From: Epiperipatus broadwayi
Lineage: Eukaryota > Animalia > Onychophora
NCBI GenBank assembly: GCA_028023455.1
Contig: JAQFVV010000002.1
Location: forward strand, 8,060,001 to 8,124,000
Length of the DNA stretch: 64,000 bases
Direction: 5' to 3'
Below the pieces are notes generated by a model. The model saw only the letters and a program-made list of their open reading frames with translations. It was not told the DNA's origin and ran no database searches. The translations under genes were made by a program, and so were the position numbers. Below, one piece after another: positions 63,351-64,000 of the stretch; within the stretch, counting starts at the first letter, position 1; every line of letters begins with the position of its first letter.

Positions 63351-64000
63351 TGTTTTAATTGTAAAACTATTTGCACATTGTAATAAAATACATAATAAAC
63401 CAGCACATATGTTGCAGGCATGAATCACCAATATTTTCAATACAATATATTAATTTGTTTTAAAATTATTTTAAAAGAGATTTATTTACAACTATATATT
63501 ATTATATTAGTGATAAGTAAACTGCAGCTGTTTAATATATATATATATATTAACGTGAGTTAATCAAGCTATGAATGACAAAAATATTTCACTCATATTT
63601 CTAAAAAATATAGTTATATTTCCTGATTAACTCAACCTAAGAATTATTATGATTTCAATTGCTGGCAGAATCAGTTTTTAATTTATAAAAGAGGGCGCCA
63701 AAGTCGTTAGACTCACTGATTCTACGTCATATCGTAACTTATAAAGTAATAATTGCAAGATCTGGATTAACATTTACCGTCAACTTATTAAAAAAAAAAC
63801 TATTCTTCCTGGAATTAATTAAGAAATAATATTGGCAAAGGTAATTTATACACTACTCTAAAACTAAATAATAAAAATCTAACAATCAAAATTAACAATG
63901 TAACTAACTAAAAAATTAGGCACGTACAATGAAAGTTTTTTTTTATATTAAGCATTTAAAGACCTATAATAATAAAATTATGATATTGGAAAGAAACGCG

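Noticed and set aside
60300-64000. Further upstream G3BP exons
   Set aside because: No frame encoding the RNP2 (QLFxGNLP) or ELRI region with splice sites was found. These exons probably lie beyond the window.
1-64000. CRISPR arrays, rRNA or intact tRNA genes, env gene in the Gypsy element
   Set aside because: No regular repeat-spacer array, no rRNA-like conserved blocks and no complete cloverleaf were seen. Pol ends ~50 nt before the PPT, leaving no room for env.

Overview
AT-rich, repeat-dense eukaryotic DNA, probably from an invertebrate or arthropod (inferred, not shown). Old repeats appear CpG-depleted and young ones retain CpG. One host gene is identifiable: the last two coding exons of a G3BP/Rasputin homologue on the minus strand (60229-60288 and 41837-42076), separated by an 18.15-kb intron. 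That intron is mostly one decayed, same-strand Mag-like Ty3/Gypsy element, broken up by a hAT transposon (itself carrying a polyA retro-insertion), a tRNA-derived SINE and a Penelope fragment. At 3.1-13 kb there is a three-layer nest: a ~177-bp tandem repeat, interrupted by a Merlin DNA transposon, whose right TIR is interrupted by a young, nearly intact Gypsy element (4466-12497) with 1.76-kb LTRs. The primer-binding site of that Gypsy element is the full 18-nt complement of tRNA-Lys(CUU) with three single-base insertions spaced exactly 5 nt apart, which is the most unusual signal I found. Other content: RTE and I-group LINE remnants, a second Merlin transposase pseudogene, several MITEs, a CpG-retaining promoter-like island at ~24-26 kb with no assignable gene, a degenerate hammerhead-like motif in the Penelope repeat, and a weak candidate for an endogenous mononegavirus L fragment. 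All family assignments are by eye from motifs. No database searches were run.
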